Notes under the pieces: generated by a model
Told to the model about the DNA's origin: nothing
The model's database searches: none
The model's input: only the letters and a program-made list of their open reading frames with translations
Translations under genes and position numbers: made by a program
Shown here: piece by piece, positions 1-10,000 of the stretch
How the letters are laid out: every line of letters begins with the position of its first letter
How positions within the stretch are numbered: the stretch's first letter is position 1
Assembly (NCBI GenBank): GCA_029855935.1
Contig: JAGSHN010000005.1
Span: 64,001 to 128,000 of the forward strand
DNA from: Candidatus Thorarchaeota archaeon
Lineage (GTDB): Archaea; Asgardarchaeota; Thorarchaeia; Thorarchaeales; Thorarchaeaceae
Direction of reading: 5' to 3'
Length of the DNA: 64,000 bases

Positions 1-153
1 TGCGCCCGGGGCCTCTCCCACCATCATGATCCTCGCCTCGGCCGGTCCCTCGCCAGGTACCGCGTGCTTCCGTGACGCACTCAGAGGGCATAGGCTGCAC
101 TCACGCATGTGTTGATGAAGTTGCTCAAGGGCATCAGTACGACGGGTCATCAT
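1..153 (-). CDS. udg: Uracil-DNA glycosylase family 4, 5' part (runs off the window edge)
   Basis: Manual translation gives MMTRRTDALEQLHQHMRECSLCPLSASRKHAVPGEGPAEARIMMVGEAPGA, with CxxC Fe-S ligands, VPGEG and the GEAPG motif. Confidence 0.9.
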   Translation of the reverse strand, partial: MMTRRTDALEQLHQHMRECSLCPLSASRKHAVPGEGPAEARIMMVGEAPGA

Positions 154-200
154 CAGACATTATTGAACGGCCAGTAATAAGGACAGAGTGATTGTGTCCA

Positions 201-2006
201 TCACTGTACGTCCAGAGGAGTCGCGCTCGACATCGATAACTCTTGGAAGAGTGACTCGAACTCCTGTTCCATCTTCTTCTCAATGGAGTCCATTATACCG
301 TCAAAGCTGTCCCACGGCGCAATCTTCATACGTGCTATGTTGTCAAGGACACTGAACTCGAGTATTCGCCGAACTGTAGCACCTATCTCCACAGCCTTGG
401 TCATCTTGCGTGCAAAGTTGATGATGATCCTGAGCATTCTGTAGGTCTTCCTTATTGGGCAGTACGTGTCAATCTCATGAAGCGCACTCTGAGTCAGAAA
501 GTCTTCCTTTATCATCCGCGCGGCCTCCAGAGTCGCGCGCTCCGACTCTGGCAACGCATCGGGGCCAACAAGCTGGACTATCTCTCTCAGCTCTTGGTCC
601 TTCTGCAGAATCGCCATAGCCTCACGCACGAGATCGGGCCAGTCAGGACCCAAGTGCTCCTTGTGCCACTTCTCAAGATTGGCCATGTACAATGAGTAGC
701 TCGTCAGGGTGTTGATGGCTGGAAAGAATCTCCGGGCGGCGAGGTCCTTGTCCAATGCCCAGAAGACCTTGACGACTCGAAGAGTGGCCTGTGTGACCGG
801 TTCTGAGAAGTCGCCCCCAGGGGGAGAAACAGCACCACAGATTGTGACTGAGCCAAGACGGTCGTCTGACCCGAGAACTCTCATATGCCCCGCACGCTCA
901 TAGAACTGAGCAAGACGTGACCCGAGATACGCAGGATAGCCCTCCTCAGAGGGCAGCTGTCCAAGCCTGCCGGAGATCTCACGGAGCGCCTCAGCCCATC
1001 GGGAGGTAGAGTCTGCCATAAGGGCGACATCATAGCCCTGGTCACGGAAATACTCGGCAATGGTGGCTCCTACATATATTGAGGCTTCCCGCGCGGCGAC
1101 AGGCATATTGGACGTATTGGCTATGAGGACCGTTCGCTCCATCAGAGGACGCCCACTCTGCGGGTCCTTCAGCTGGGGCCATTCCTCAAGCGCCTCAGTC
1201 ATCTCATTCCCGCGTTCGCCACACCCAACATATACAACGACTTGAGCATCAGCCCACTTTGCGAACTGATGAAGAGTGACTGTCTTGCCAGTCCCAAATC
1301 CCCCGGGGATTGCGCCCGTACCACCCTTTGCTTGCGGCATAAACGTGTCAATGACGCGCTGACCTGTAATGAGGGGGGTGTCCATAGGGACTCGTTCCTT
1401 GAACGGTCGCCCGACACGGACAGGGGTGCGCTGCATCATAATGACATCATGCACATCACCCACTGCATCCTTGACTCTGCAGATTGTATCGACCACCGTA
1501 TAGTCACCCTCATCGACGATCTCAACAATCTCGCCCTCCACACCGAGAGGTATCATTATTCTCGACGTGATTATTCCAGTCTCAGGGACCTCTCCGATGA
1601 TGTCGCCGGGAACAACTTTGTCCCCCACCTTGACAGTGGGATGGAAATGCCATTTCTTCTTCTTGTCGAGACCCTCGACAGTCAGCCCACGTGAGATGAA
1701 GTCCCCAGACATCTTCTTGAGCTCTGGGAGAGGACGCTGAATGCCGTCATATATGGAACCAAGAAGGCCGGGGCCCAGTTCCACTGAGAGAAGGCCACCT
1801 GTGGCAATGACGGGTTCGCCGGGGGCGACTCCGGAGGTCTCCTCATAGACCTGAGTGGTGAACTCCTCCTCACCCACCTCGATCACTTCGCCGATCAGCT
1901 TCTCGTGCCCCACATGGACAACCTCATACATCTTGATACCGTAAATCCCACTGCATCGCACTACAGGCCCAGAGATACTCTCAATGCGTCCCACTCTCTC
2001 GTTCAT
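201..2006 (-). CDS. atpA: A/V-type ATP synthase subunit A
   Basis: Walker A GGFGTGKT, GCGERGNE, PSEEGYPAYL. Start placed at ATG 2006 (MNERVG) after a GGTGA RBS. No intein. Confidence 0.97.
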   Translation of the reverse strand: MNERVGRIESISGPVVRCSGIYGIKMYEVVHVGHEKLIGEVIEVGEEEFTTQVYEETSGVAPGEPVIATGGLLSVELGPGLLGSIYDGIQRPLPELKKMSGDFISRGLTVEGLDKKKKWHFHPTVKVGDKVVPGDIIGEVPETGIITSRIMIPLGVEGEIVEIVDEGDYTVVDTICRVKDAVGDVHDVIMMQRTPVRVGRPFKERVPMDTPLITGQRVIDTFMPQAKGGTGAIPGGFGTGKTVTLHQFAKWADAQVVVYVGCGERGNEMTEALEEWPQLKDPQSGRPLMERTVLIANTSNMPVAAREASIYVGATIAEYFRDQGYDVALMADSTSRWAEALREISGRLGQLPSEEGYPAYLGSRLAQFYERAGHMRVLGSDDRLGSVTICGAVSPPGGDFSEPVTQATLRVVKVFWALDKDLAARRFFPAINTLTSYSLYMANLEKWHKEHLGPDWPDLVREAMAILQKDQELREIVQLVGPDALPESERATLEAARMIKEDFLTQSALHEIDTYCPIRKTYRMLRIIINFARKMTKAVEIGATVRRILEFSVLDNIARMKIAPWDSFDGIMDSIEKKMEQEFESLFQELSMSSATPLDVQ

Positions 2007-2031
2007 CGATTCTATCACCACGGCGGGGGAG

Positions 2032-2355
2032 TCATATGTCGATCTCGATACCAACTGCGCGGCGCACCAACTCCTTGAGGACCTTCTCGTATGCGCCAGT
2101 GGAGCCACTGCGATCGGGAATGAGCACTATGACCGGCACCGGTGACACAGACAGTTCGAGTATGGTCTTCTCGACCGTCTTTGCAAGAGGCTCGGTGATT
2201 ATTATCAGCCCCATATCGGGGTCACGAAAGTAGTCCACTAGGGCCTCTCGTGTCTCGTCCGGGTTGGACGGTATCGTTGACTCCTTGACACCAGCCATTC
2301 TGAATCCGATGACTGTATCACGGTCACCGATAACTGCGATCTTGTCATTTATCAT
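2032..2355 (-). CDS. atpF: A/V-type ATP synthase subunit F
   Basis: KIAVIGDRDTVIGFRMAG and C-terminal LVRRAVGIEI; directly upstream of atpA. Confidence 0.95.
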   Translation of the reverse strand: MINDKIAVIGDRDTVIGFRMAGVKESTIPSNPDETREALVDYFRDPDMGLIIITEPLAKTVEKTILELSVSPVPVIVLIPDRSGSTGAYEKVLKELVRRAVGIEIDI

Positions 2356-2435
2356 AGGTGGACCCGCACCACAGTTGCGTCTTGCAGGTTCCATAGGCGT
2401 CATGATAAAAACAATTTGGATTGGCGAAGTTCAGC

Positions 2436-2930
2436 TCACCGTTCCGTGAACTGACGGATGATCTCTTCCTCGTCCACTATTGTCCAGCAGTACAGGCACT
2501 TCAGGCGGGTTGGCTTTCGAGAGATCACCTGATACTTGGCAATGATGGGTTCTCGAGGCTCGTTTGTTATGCAACGGGTATTGGGACAGACCACAATGTC
2601 CGTAATCAGGTCAGGGAGCCGGACTCTGTTCTTCTCGACCACCTTTGCATCGCGGATTATGTTGATCGTCGCCTCAGGCGCAACTAGGGCGATCTTTGCC
2701 ACCTCGGGCGTTTCGAGAAACCGGTCCTCAAGCTTCACGATGTCCTTCTGACCTATTCGCGAGCTGGATATGTTCATAGCGATTGTAACTATGCTGCCCT
2801 CCTTTCCGGTGATGCCGAGAATCTGGAGGACTTCGAGGGCATGCCCGGCGCGAATATGATCGATGACAGTACCGTTGTTTATCTTCACAATACGGATATT
2901 GCCTATCTTCTCGCTGCTCAAGGGCCTCAC
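2436..2930 (-). CDS. pyrI: Aspartate carbamoyltransferase regulatory chain
   Basis: NGTVIDHI, KDIVKLE, Zn ligands CPNTRC and CLYC. Confidence 0.95.
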   Translation of the reverse strand: MRPLSSEKIGNIRIVKINNGTVIDHIRAGHALEVLQILGITGKEGSIVTIAMNISSSRIGQKDIVKLEDRFLETPEVAKIALVAPEATINIIRDAKVVEKNRVRLPDLITDIVVCPNTRCITNEPREPIIAKYQVISRKPTRLKCLYCWTIVDEEEIIRQFTER

Positions 2931-3093
2931 ACCGTGTTGGTCGCAGCAGACACTATATGTGACCGGCTGAGCAAACTCAGAGCTGCATTGGATTTATGGC
3001 TTGTGCAGCAACACAGCCGAGCATCACCATAACAGAACCGAAGGTTGATATGTGGAGTCTAGAGAGGTCGAGGAGAAGACTGGTGATTGACCG

Positions 3094-4437
3094 ATGGTAC
3101 TAGAGAGTCTTGGCAGGGCGCTCAACTCGGCACTGAAGAAACTCTTTGGAGCCAGCGTTATCGATGAGGAGCTCGTAAAGGAGCTGGTGAGGGATATTCA
3201 GAGGGCCCTCCTGCAGGCCGATGTCGATGTCAACCTGGTGATGGAGATAACAAAGCGAGTCCAGGAGCAGGCCCTCGCGGAAACCCTGCCAAGAGGCATC
3301 TCGAGAAGAGAGCATATCGTGCGAGTCGTCTGGGACGCCCTTGCTCACTTTCTGGGAGAGAAGGCCGTGCCGCTGACCATACATCCAGGCCGGCCCAATG
3401 TGATAATGCTCGTCGGTATTCAGGGATCAGGGAAGACCACGACAGTGGGGAAGCTTGCACGGTACTATCAGAAGAGGGGCATCAAGACTGGAGTAGTCTG
3501 CGCGGACAACTTCCGTCCGGGAGCATACGACCAGCTCAGACAGCTGGCCGAACGATCACACGTTCCCTTCTACGGTGATGAGAGAGAGAAGAATGCCGTG
3601 AAACTCGCCAAGCGCGGCGTTGAGGAGATGAAGAAGAAGGGAATCGAGCTAATCCTCGTTGACACCTCTGGTAGGCATCGTGAGGAAACCGGTCTAATCA
3701 AAGAGATGCGGGACATAGCCAAGGCAATCAAGCCACAGGAGATAATCCTCGTAATTGATGGGACTCTGGGGCAACAGGCTGGCGCACAGGCTGCCGCATT
3801 CAAGAGGGCCACTGACATCGGATCAATAATAGTGACGAAACTGGACGGTGGCGCCAAGGGCGGCGGTGCACTCTCTGCCGTCGCGGCGACCGGTGCGCCC
3901 ATCAAGTTCATCGGCGTCGGAGAGGGGATGGATGCGATAGAGCCCTTCAACCCGACCAAGTTTGCAGGCCGTCTGCTCGGGATGTCGGACATCCGGGGAC
4001 TCATTGAGAAGGTCCGAGAGGCGCAAGTTGAATTTGACGAGGACGCGGCCAAGCGTCTGATGAAGGGGCAGTTCACACTGACGGATATGATGGCCCAGCT
4101 GAGGCAACTCAAGAAGATGGGGCCCATCGGAAAGGTGATGGAGATGCTGGGTCTGAAATACAAGCTGCCTGAGGATGTGGCTCAGTTGCAGGAGCAGACC
4201 CTACGGAAGTTCGAAGTCATAATGAACTCGATGACCAGAGAGGAACTCGACAACCCCAAGATCATCAAGTCGTCACGGATTCAGAGGATAGCCCGAGGGT
4301 CGGGGACCTCACCTCAGGACGTGAGAGAGCTGCTCAAGCAATATGAGCAGATGAAGAAGTTGATGAAGAGCCTCGGAAAGCAGCGTCGCGGCAGGAGAGG
4401 CGGGTTCCCAGCGATTCCGGGCCTACCGGGGATGTAG
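3094..4437 (+). CDS. srp54: Signal recognition particle protein SRP54
   Basis: GIQGSGKTTT, DTSGR, TKLDG and a Met-rich M domain with SRIQRIARGSG. Confidence 0.97.
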   Translation: MVLESLGRALNSALKKLFGASVIDEELVKELVRDIQRALLQADVDVNLVMEITKRVQEQALAETLPRGISRREHIVRVVWDALAHFLGEKAVPLTIHPGRPNVIMLVGIQGSGKTTTVGKLARYYQKRGIKTGVVCADNFRPGAYDQLRQLAERSHVPFYGDEREKNAVKLAKRGVEEMKKKGIELILVDTSGRHREETGLIKEMRDIAKAIKPQEIILVIDGTLGQQAGAQAAAFKRATDIGSIIVTKLDGGAKGGGALSAVAATGAPIKFIGVGEGMDAIEPFNPTKFAGRLLGMSDIRGLIEKVREAQVEFDEDAAKRLMKGQFTLTDMMAQLRQLKKMGPIGKVMEMLGLKYKLPEDVAQLQEQTLRKFEVIMNSMTREELDNPKIIKSSRIQRIARGSGTSPQDVRELLKQYEQMKKLMKSLGKQRRGRRGGFPAIPGLPGM

Positions 4438-4445
4438 CATTCAAC

Positions 4446-5036
4446 ATGTCAGTCCGGCGGTTCGTCCTGTGCCTAGAGAGTCTCCGACTAGAATGGGACG
4501 CCATCAGACGCGGAGACAATCCTCGGGATGTTGTGGTGGCCTGCCGGTGTGTGAACGCAGGGCTCTTTGTGTCAAAGGATATCCGTAGGGATGTGGAGGT
4601 GGTCGTACTGTATGGCCTTGCCGATGACCTGACGGGCATAGTCTTTCCAGGGGATGGGCTGAGAAGGGTGTCACCGGACGAGAGGTCGATATCTTTCTTC
4701 CTCAAGAAGGCCAGTGAGCGTGCGGTTGACGTTGACCACGGGAGAACGAGGCGGCTTGACAACGGAATCATTGTGATCCACAGCGACATCGATACACTAG
4801 CACAAGAGTGGAGTCGTTCTGGCCTCTATGTTGTAGTCCCTAGAAGCGATTCCTCAGGCATGGGTATTACGAGATTCCATGGGACGTTCGTCGTAGGGGT
4901 CAGTGGGACCATCTTCGAGGCATTAGTCAACCACCAAGAGGCCCAGCGAATCGTTGGTAACCATAGTCCAGAGAGATGGATTGTGGAGATTAATTGGCGG
5001 GCGGACCGCGTCCAAGGGATGACTTCGGAAATTTGA
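4446..5036 (+). CDS. trmY: TrmY-like tRNA (pseudouridine54-N1)-methyltransferase, SPOUT family, divergent C-terminus
   Basis: DVVVACRCVNAGLFVSKDIRRDV and PDERSI motifs; C-terminal SAM-knot region poorly conserved. Confidence 0.7.
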   Translation: MSVRRFVLCLESLRLEWDAIRRGDNPRDVVVACRCVNAGLFVSKDIRRDVEVVVLYGLADDLTGIVFPGDGLRRVSPDERSISFFLKKASERAVDVDHGRTRRLDNGIIVIHSDIDTLAQEWSRSGLYVVVPRSDSSGMGITRFHGTFVVGVSGTIFEALVNHQEAQRIVGNHSPERWIVEINWRADRVQGMTSEI

Positions 5037-5088
5037 TAATGGAACGCTCTTAGAGTGTCGCGAGCAAGCCTTCTGGGCGTGAGTACCC

Positions 5089-6264
5089 GTGCCGACAAAT
5101 GTGTCACCCGAATTTGACCGCCAGCGTCAGATATACGAGGACACAGAGGATCTTGAGCAGAGGATAATAGAGCTTCAGAAGCTGCTCGCACTGGCGCCCA
5201 ATCACAAGGGCGCAGAACGTATGATTGCCGACTACCGGAAGAAGCTCGCGAAGCTGAAGGCCGAGCTTGAGAAGCGTCGTGAACAAGAGAGAGCAAGGAG
5301 GAGCGCGGCCGCTGCAGAGGGCGCGATAAGGAAGGAGGGAGCTGGTCAGGTCTGCCTCATTGGCGTGACCAATAGTGGTAAGTCGACACTCATCAATGCG
5401 GTCACGAATGCGGAACTCGAGGTTGCGGACTATCCTTTTGCGACCTCCGTGCCCATCCCCGCCATGATGGCCTACGAGGACATCAGCATTCAGCTGGTCG
5501 AGCTCCCAGGTCTATTCGAGGGCAGCTATGACTCCAGTATCGGAAGACAAGCACTCGCACTGGCGCGCAACACGGACCTCATTGCAATAGTTGTTGATCT
5601 ATCCCAGGACATAGAGTCACAGATGAAGATAATCCTTGGAGAGCTTGATAGGGCACGAATCAGACTGAATCGCGAGAGGAGCGCCGTGAGGGTGGAGCGT
5701 ACCGGGACGGGGGGAATCATGGTCTATGGTGTCCATAACTTTGAGGGGACGCGCGAGGAGGTTGTCGAGTTTCTCAAGAGCCGCAAAATCAACAACATAA
5801 TTGTGCGATTCCAGAAGCCAGCTACATTTGAGAACTTGATTGATGCGCTCGACTCGAGCGTGGTGTTCGTCCGTGCCATGATCATTGCAACGAAGGGAGA
5901 TATGCCCGGCTCGAGGGAGCGTTTTGAGGAGCTGAGGGCCAAGTATGGCAATAGGTTCGACATAGTTCCCGTCAGTGCTCTGAGAGGAGAGAATCTCGAC
6001 GTAATGAAGGACGCCCTCTTCGACCACCTAGACATCCTCAGGGTATATACCAAGGCACCAGGCAGGAAGAAGGAGGACAAACCTATAGTCCTGCCAGAGG
6101 GATCTGTCGTGGAGGACGCGGCAGCCAAGGTACACAAGGAACTCTTTGTCAAGCGATTCAGGATGGCAATACTGTATCGAGAGAATGATAGAATCAAGAG
6201 AAGGCAGGTCGGCCTGAGCTATCCCCTACGGGATGGCGATGTTCTTCAGTTGCTTCACAGGTGA
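5089..6264 (+). CDS. DRG/OBG-family GTPase with C-terminal TGS domain
   Basis: PNHKGAE, GVTNSGKST, DYPFAT, IQLVELPG, RVYTK and VGLSYPLRDGDV. Confidence 0.93.
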   Translation: MPTNVSPEFDRQRQIYEDTEDLEQRIIELQKLLALAPNHKGAERMIADYRKKLAKLKAELEKRREQERARRSAAAAEGAIRKEGAGQVCLIGVTNSGKSTLINAVTNAELEVADYPFATSVPIPAMMAYEDISIQLVELPGLFEGSYDSSIGRQALALARNTDLIAIVVDLSQDIESQMKIILGELDRARIRLNRERSAVRVERTGTGGIMVYGVHNFEGTREEVVEFLKSRKINNIIVRFQKPATFENLIDALDSSVVFVRAMIIATKGDMPGSRERFEELRAKYGNRFDIVPVSALRGENLDVMKDALFDHLDILRVYTKAPGRKKEDKPIVLPEGSVVEDAAAKVHKELFVKRFRMAILYRENDRIKRRQVGLSYPLRDGDVLQLLHR

Positions 6265-6303
6265 GCCCTCTGTGGTCCGTGTGTATAGAAGAGGCGCTGT
6301 AAT

Positions 6304-7041
6304 ATGAGCGTGCTGTCCAATGTGATTGTTGTCCTAGTCGAGCCCGAGTCGCCGGGGAATGTTGGATTCACGGCGAGGGCAATGGCCAACTTTGGAGTGG
6401 ACAAACTCAGAGTGGTTGGTAGCGACCCTAGAAACGAGGACGAGGCAATCATGTTCTCAGTCCACGCCAACAACATCCTTCAGTCGGCTCAAATCTATCC
6501 AACGTTGAACGAGGCGATCTCAGATGTTGACATTGCTTGGGCGGCCACAGCAAGAGCAGGAGGCGATCTCAGTGTCACAAGGGTGGTGGTGCCGCTGGAA
6601 GAGCTCCCCAGTCCACGCAGTCTGCCCGGACGCGTTGCCCTCGTATTCGGGAGAGAGAGCAGTGGACTGACGACCGAAGAGATTCTCTCCTGCGATATCA
6701 CATTTACAATACCAACATCATCCAGATATAGGAGTCTCAATCTCAGCCACGCTGTTGCGGTGACTCTGTATCAGCTCTACCTGAGGGCCACGTCTGAAGA
6801 GGAGGACATTGAGCAGGTGGCTCACAGACTGGCCTCAAGAGATTCACGCGAGCAAGTATGTGAGTTCTTTGATGAGATTGTCGACGCCATACCTCTGAAA
6901 GACTACCGTAAGCCCATAGCAAAGCAGGTGTTTCGAAACGTCGTGGGCAGATCCTTTCTGACTGGTCGCGAGGTCACAACACTGACTGGCGTCATCAGGA
7001 AGATGAGAAACTACATCCTGAAGTGCAGTCAACGGGATTAG
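6304..7041 (+). CDS. trmJ: TrmJ/TrmH-family tRNA 2'-O-methyltransferase
   Basis: VLVEPESPGNVG, ARAMANFG, LVFGRESSGL, YRSLNLSHAV. Confidence 0.9.
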   Translation: MSVLSNVIVVLVEPESPGNVGFTARAMANFGVDKLRVVGSDPRNEDEAIMFSVHANNILQSAQIYPTLNEAISDVDIAWAATARAGGDLSVTRVVVPLEELPSPRSLPGRVALVFGRESSGLTTEEILSCDITFTIPTSSRYRSLNLSHAVAVTLYQLYLRATSEEEDIEQVAHRLASRDSREQVCEFFDEIVDAIPLKDYRKPIAKQVFRNVVGRSFLTGREVTTLTGVIRKMRNYILKCSQRD

Positions 7042-7580
7042 TCAGGGCCGTAGCCGAGCTTGCGTTTCAGCTCTGGGTCTATCTTTTCAAAGACGATCTT
7101 GCACGGCGTCGGAAACTTTGGAGCGGCCTTCTTCAGTGCCTCTCGCGCCACCGCGATGTGTTCGCGATTCACACGGATTGTTATCAGCGGCTGACCGGGC
7201 CGGACACGCGCTGCAGAACCGATGACCTTGCCAAAGGCCTTCCGCATTCCGTCCTGCACGCGGTCTGCTCCCGCGCCGGAGATCATCTTGTTCTCCCGCA
7301 GATAGTGGTATGGTTTCACGCGGATACGAAGATGGTAGTTCTTCCTCGTGGCACGGCGAGTCATATGACGGTTTGATGCGACACGTGCCGCCTCAAGAGC
7401 CTGATGACGAATCTGACATCTCTCAAGGGCAATCAGAGACAGTGTGACCTCGAAGTCGCCAGAGGTGTTGCCCATATCAAAGCTCACAATTCGACTGGCG
7501 GGTCTTCTGTGGATGTACTCTTTTCGTACGAATGGAGGTCTGTCACAGAGCCTGTAACAATGACCAGGTCGTTTTCCCAT
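7038..7580 (-). CDS. rpl10e: 50S ribosomal protein L10e (uL16)
   Basis: MGKRPGHCYR, ALEAARV, RENKMISGAGADRVQDGMRKAFGK. Confidence 0.97.
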   Translation of the reverse strand: MGKRPGHCYRLCDRPPFVRKEYIHRRPASRIVSFDMGNTSGDFEVTLSLIALERCQIRHQALEAARVASNRHMTRRATRKNYHLRIRVKPYHYLRENKMISGAGADRVQDGMRKAFGKVIGSAARVRPGQPLITIRVNREHIAVAREALKKAAPKFPTPCKIVFEKIDPELKRKLGYGPD

Positions 7581-7737
7581 ATCTGCCACCTAGTTTAGAT
7601 GATGGTATCAGGCCTTGAGCGGCTGAAGTCAGAGTCACGCTCTGAGGACCGAATAAAAGGATTATGGCGTGGACCGAGAACCTGCGACGATTCTCTATGC
7701 GTCCGGCCGGACCCAGCGGTGCTCAGAAACCAGTAGT

Positions 7738-8670
7738 TCAGCTGCTGATCGAGGCCATGATGAGGATCGGGAATATTATGGTGGCGTCACCAATCACGGT
7801 TTCAAAGTTCGAGTCCTCACGTATCTTCTGCCAAGAGATTCCCTCGGCCAGTGGTGCACCACTCAGACTACCGCCCTCGGGACGGTCCAGTGTTATCTGC
7901 ACAGCGAGGTCCAGACCGCCACGGAGGATGGTGCTTCCCATCGTGAAATGCTTTGAAAGACCACCACCCAGAATGATGGCCCCTGTACGTTTGGCAGACC
8001 GCACCATCTCTGCGAGGATACGGAGGTCCTTGACGAAGTCCAGTGAGATGGAGGTCATAGTGCTGTAGGTGAACAGATGAAACCCGAGCATAGAGTCCAT
8101 CAGGCCGGGAGAGAAAATGGGGACACCGCAAACAGCTGATTGGTACACGAATGAGGTGGGGTCATTGAGTGTCAGACCCAGATCCCGCAGGAACTCACTG
8201 GGCGACATCCCGTTGTTTCGTTGTTGGATGGTGAGTCCGTCTAGAAACTCATAGACCTTCTTCTCGAGAGTTTCAAAGTCTTTCTCGCGCACGGAGATAT
8301 CGCCGATGCGTCCCATCCCCGAATGACGAAGTGATACGTCTGTGCTCTCGTGCGTGACTCTGTAATGCGCCCCTCCGAACGCCTCGATCAGATCGTGTAC
8401 AACGTTGGCACCGCTTGTGACTATCACGTCCACATAGTGTCTCTCAACAAGATAGCTGACGATTCGACGAAGGCCTCCGGGAATCAGAGGGCCCGACATC
8501 GCCAGATACGTGAGGCAGTCTTCATCCTCAAACATCTGTCGAATAATAGATACTGCCCGACCCAGCCTACCGGCACCGAGAACGCCCACCGCACGAAAGG
8601 CCTCTCCAAGATCCCCCAGGGAAGAGATCTCTGCGGGGTCGATATGATGGACTCTGTGCAAGAAACACAC
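7738..8670 (-). CDS. dys: Deoxyhypusine synthase
   Basis: TSGANVVHD, GGGLSKH, GGSLSGA and EGISWQK (catalytic Lys kept), GDATIIFP. Confidence 0.92.
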   Translation of the reverse strand: MCFLHRVHHIDPAEISSLGDLGEAFRAVGVLGAGRLGRAVSIIRQMFEDEDCLTYLAMSGPLIPGGLRRIVSYLVERHYVDVIVTSGANVVHDLIEAFGGAHYRVTHESTDVSLRHSGMGRIGDISVREKDFETLEKKVYEFLDGLTIQQRNNGMSPSEFLRDLGLTLNDPTSFVYQSAVCGVPIFSPGLMDSMLGFHLFTYSTMTSISLDFVKDLRILAEMVRSAKRTGAIILGGGLSKHFTMGSTILRGGLDLAVQITLDRPEGGSLSGAPLAEGISWQKIREDSNFETVIGDATIIFPILIMASISS

Positions 8671-8727
8671 CCAGCTGTTGACCTGAGTGACTCAATAAAA
8701 GAGATTCGTAGCACAGAAGAATAAGGA

Positions 8728-8773
8728 GCGCGAGAGCAGGTCAGTTCCGGGAGGGCTCGACCGTGTCTCGCGC
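8728..8773. other. Strong intergenic hairpin between divergent dys and rpl35ae
   Basis: GCGCGAGA (8728-8735) pairs with TCTCGCGC (8766-8773); inner GGTC/GACC and AGTTC/GGGCT pairings. Confidence 0.55.
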
Positions 8774-8961
8774 GGTTGGGTCAAGTCAGACGTGATTGAG
8801 CATGTCAGGCGCGAGTAGAAATGTTGCGGCGGCTGCCTGTACATCTAGACGGACTCGTATGGCCCGGAGAGAGATGACCGAAAGTATCTGTGCGAACATG
8901 TAGCAAGTCTTAAATGTGGACCAGAAGGCGTGAACGAGAGTCCAACCGTGAGGAATTCGGA

Positions 8962-9246
8962 ATGTCCGAGAATGGTATCCTGAAAGGCCGTCGAGGTGTT
9001 GTGACGAGCTACCGCAGGGGAAAGCATCTCATTCACCCCAATCAGGTGCTACTCCAGTTCGATGGGATTGATACTAGGGCGCAGGCGGCCACGCTCTCAG
9101 GGCGCAAGGTAAAGTGGGTCTCTGAGAACGGCCGGGAGTTCTTGGGAAAGATATTGGGACCCCACGGCAATAGCGGAGTGGTACGTGCCAAGTTCAGAAC
9201 AAATCTGCCCGGCCAAGCAATCGGCACTCCTGTCTACCTGTTGTGA
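8962..9246 (+). CDS. rpl35ae: 50S ribosomal protein L35Ae (eL33)
   Basis: SYRRGKH, GKILGPHGNSGVVRAKFRTNLPGQAIG; start at ATG 8962 (MSENG). Confidence 0.95.
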   Translation: MSENGILKGRRGVVTSYRRGKHLIHPNQVLLQFDGIDTRAQAATLSGRKVKWVSENGREFLGKILGPHGNSGVVRAKFRTNLPGQAIGTPVYLL

Positions 9247-9418
9247 ACGCTATGTCGATGCCGTACCAAGTTTTATGAGGATTGCCGAGAGCAGTTGATG
9301 CGGCTCCAATGATGCAAAAGGCTATCCGAGGGCAAGAGCCCGACGACGAATCATAGTTAGGCTGAGGAGCCAATTCTTCAACAAATGCCGCCCATATTGC
9401 CTTGGAACGTGAGATCAA

Positions 9419-10000
9419 TTGCTGGAGTGGACGATCTACTTCTCTCTGTACTGGTTGGCTGGCTTCTCACTTAAGATTGGGGATGAAATGCTGGATACTC
9501 TCCATAGAGCACGGATGTCGCTGATCCCCCTATCACTTGCCGGACTGACATTCGGAGTACTGATGTCCACCTCACAGTGGGACCTAGTTCTTCTGTGTGC
9601 AATCATCATAGGAGTGGTCGTTTCAGGAAAGATGAACAGAGTGCAGTTTATAGTAGGTCCTGTGGTGATTGGGATCGTTCTACTCATCTTCGGACTGCCC
9701 GAGATCACTGATGCCTATGTTCTGGTCTTCATACTTGTCGCCCTGCTCCTCGCGGCCGCGGCAGACGAGATGGGGAACGACTGGGCTGACAAGAAACGCG
9801 AGGCAGGTATCTTGGTCCGCTTCTTCAGATACAGATTCGGACTCAAGCTCTGCGTTCTCGTGATAGCAATAGGAGTACCATCATTCCTTCCAGCAGCACT
9901 GGGGCTATGGCTCTTGGATGTGGGCTATGAGATTGCAGCTGCGACTATGAACCGCTCGTCACAACATGCTCAAAGGCCAGACTACAGCATACATCAATAA
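9419..10000 (+). CDS. Hypothetical multi-pass membrane protein
   Basis: About six hydrophobic segments with repeated KIGDE and AADE motifs; overlaps the 3' end of the convergent radical SAM gene. Confidence 0.7.
   Translation: MLEWTIYFSLYWLAGFSLKIGDEMLDTLHRARMSLIPLSLAGLTFGVLMSTSQWDLVLLCAIIIGVVVSGKMNRVQFIVGPVVIGIVLLIFGLPEITDAYVLVFILVALLLAAAADEMGNDWADKKREAGILVRFFRYRFGLKLCVLVIAIGVPSFLPAALGLWLLDVGYEIAAATMNRSSQHAQRPDYSIHQ

Noticed and set aside
7599-7646. Possible C/D box sRNA (ATGATGG...CTGA...CTGA)
   Set aside because: Imperfect C box, no C' box, atypical spacing, and antisense to the rpl10e leader
8700-8960. SRP RNA or SECIS element
   Set aside because: No SRP helix-8 motif, no SECIS core, and no in-frame TGA selenoprotein candidate nearby
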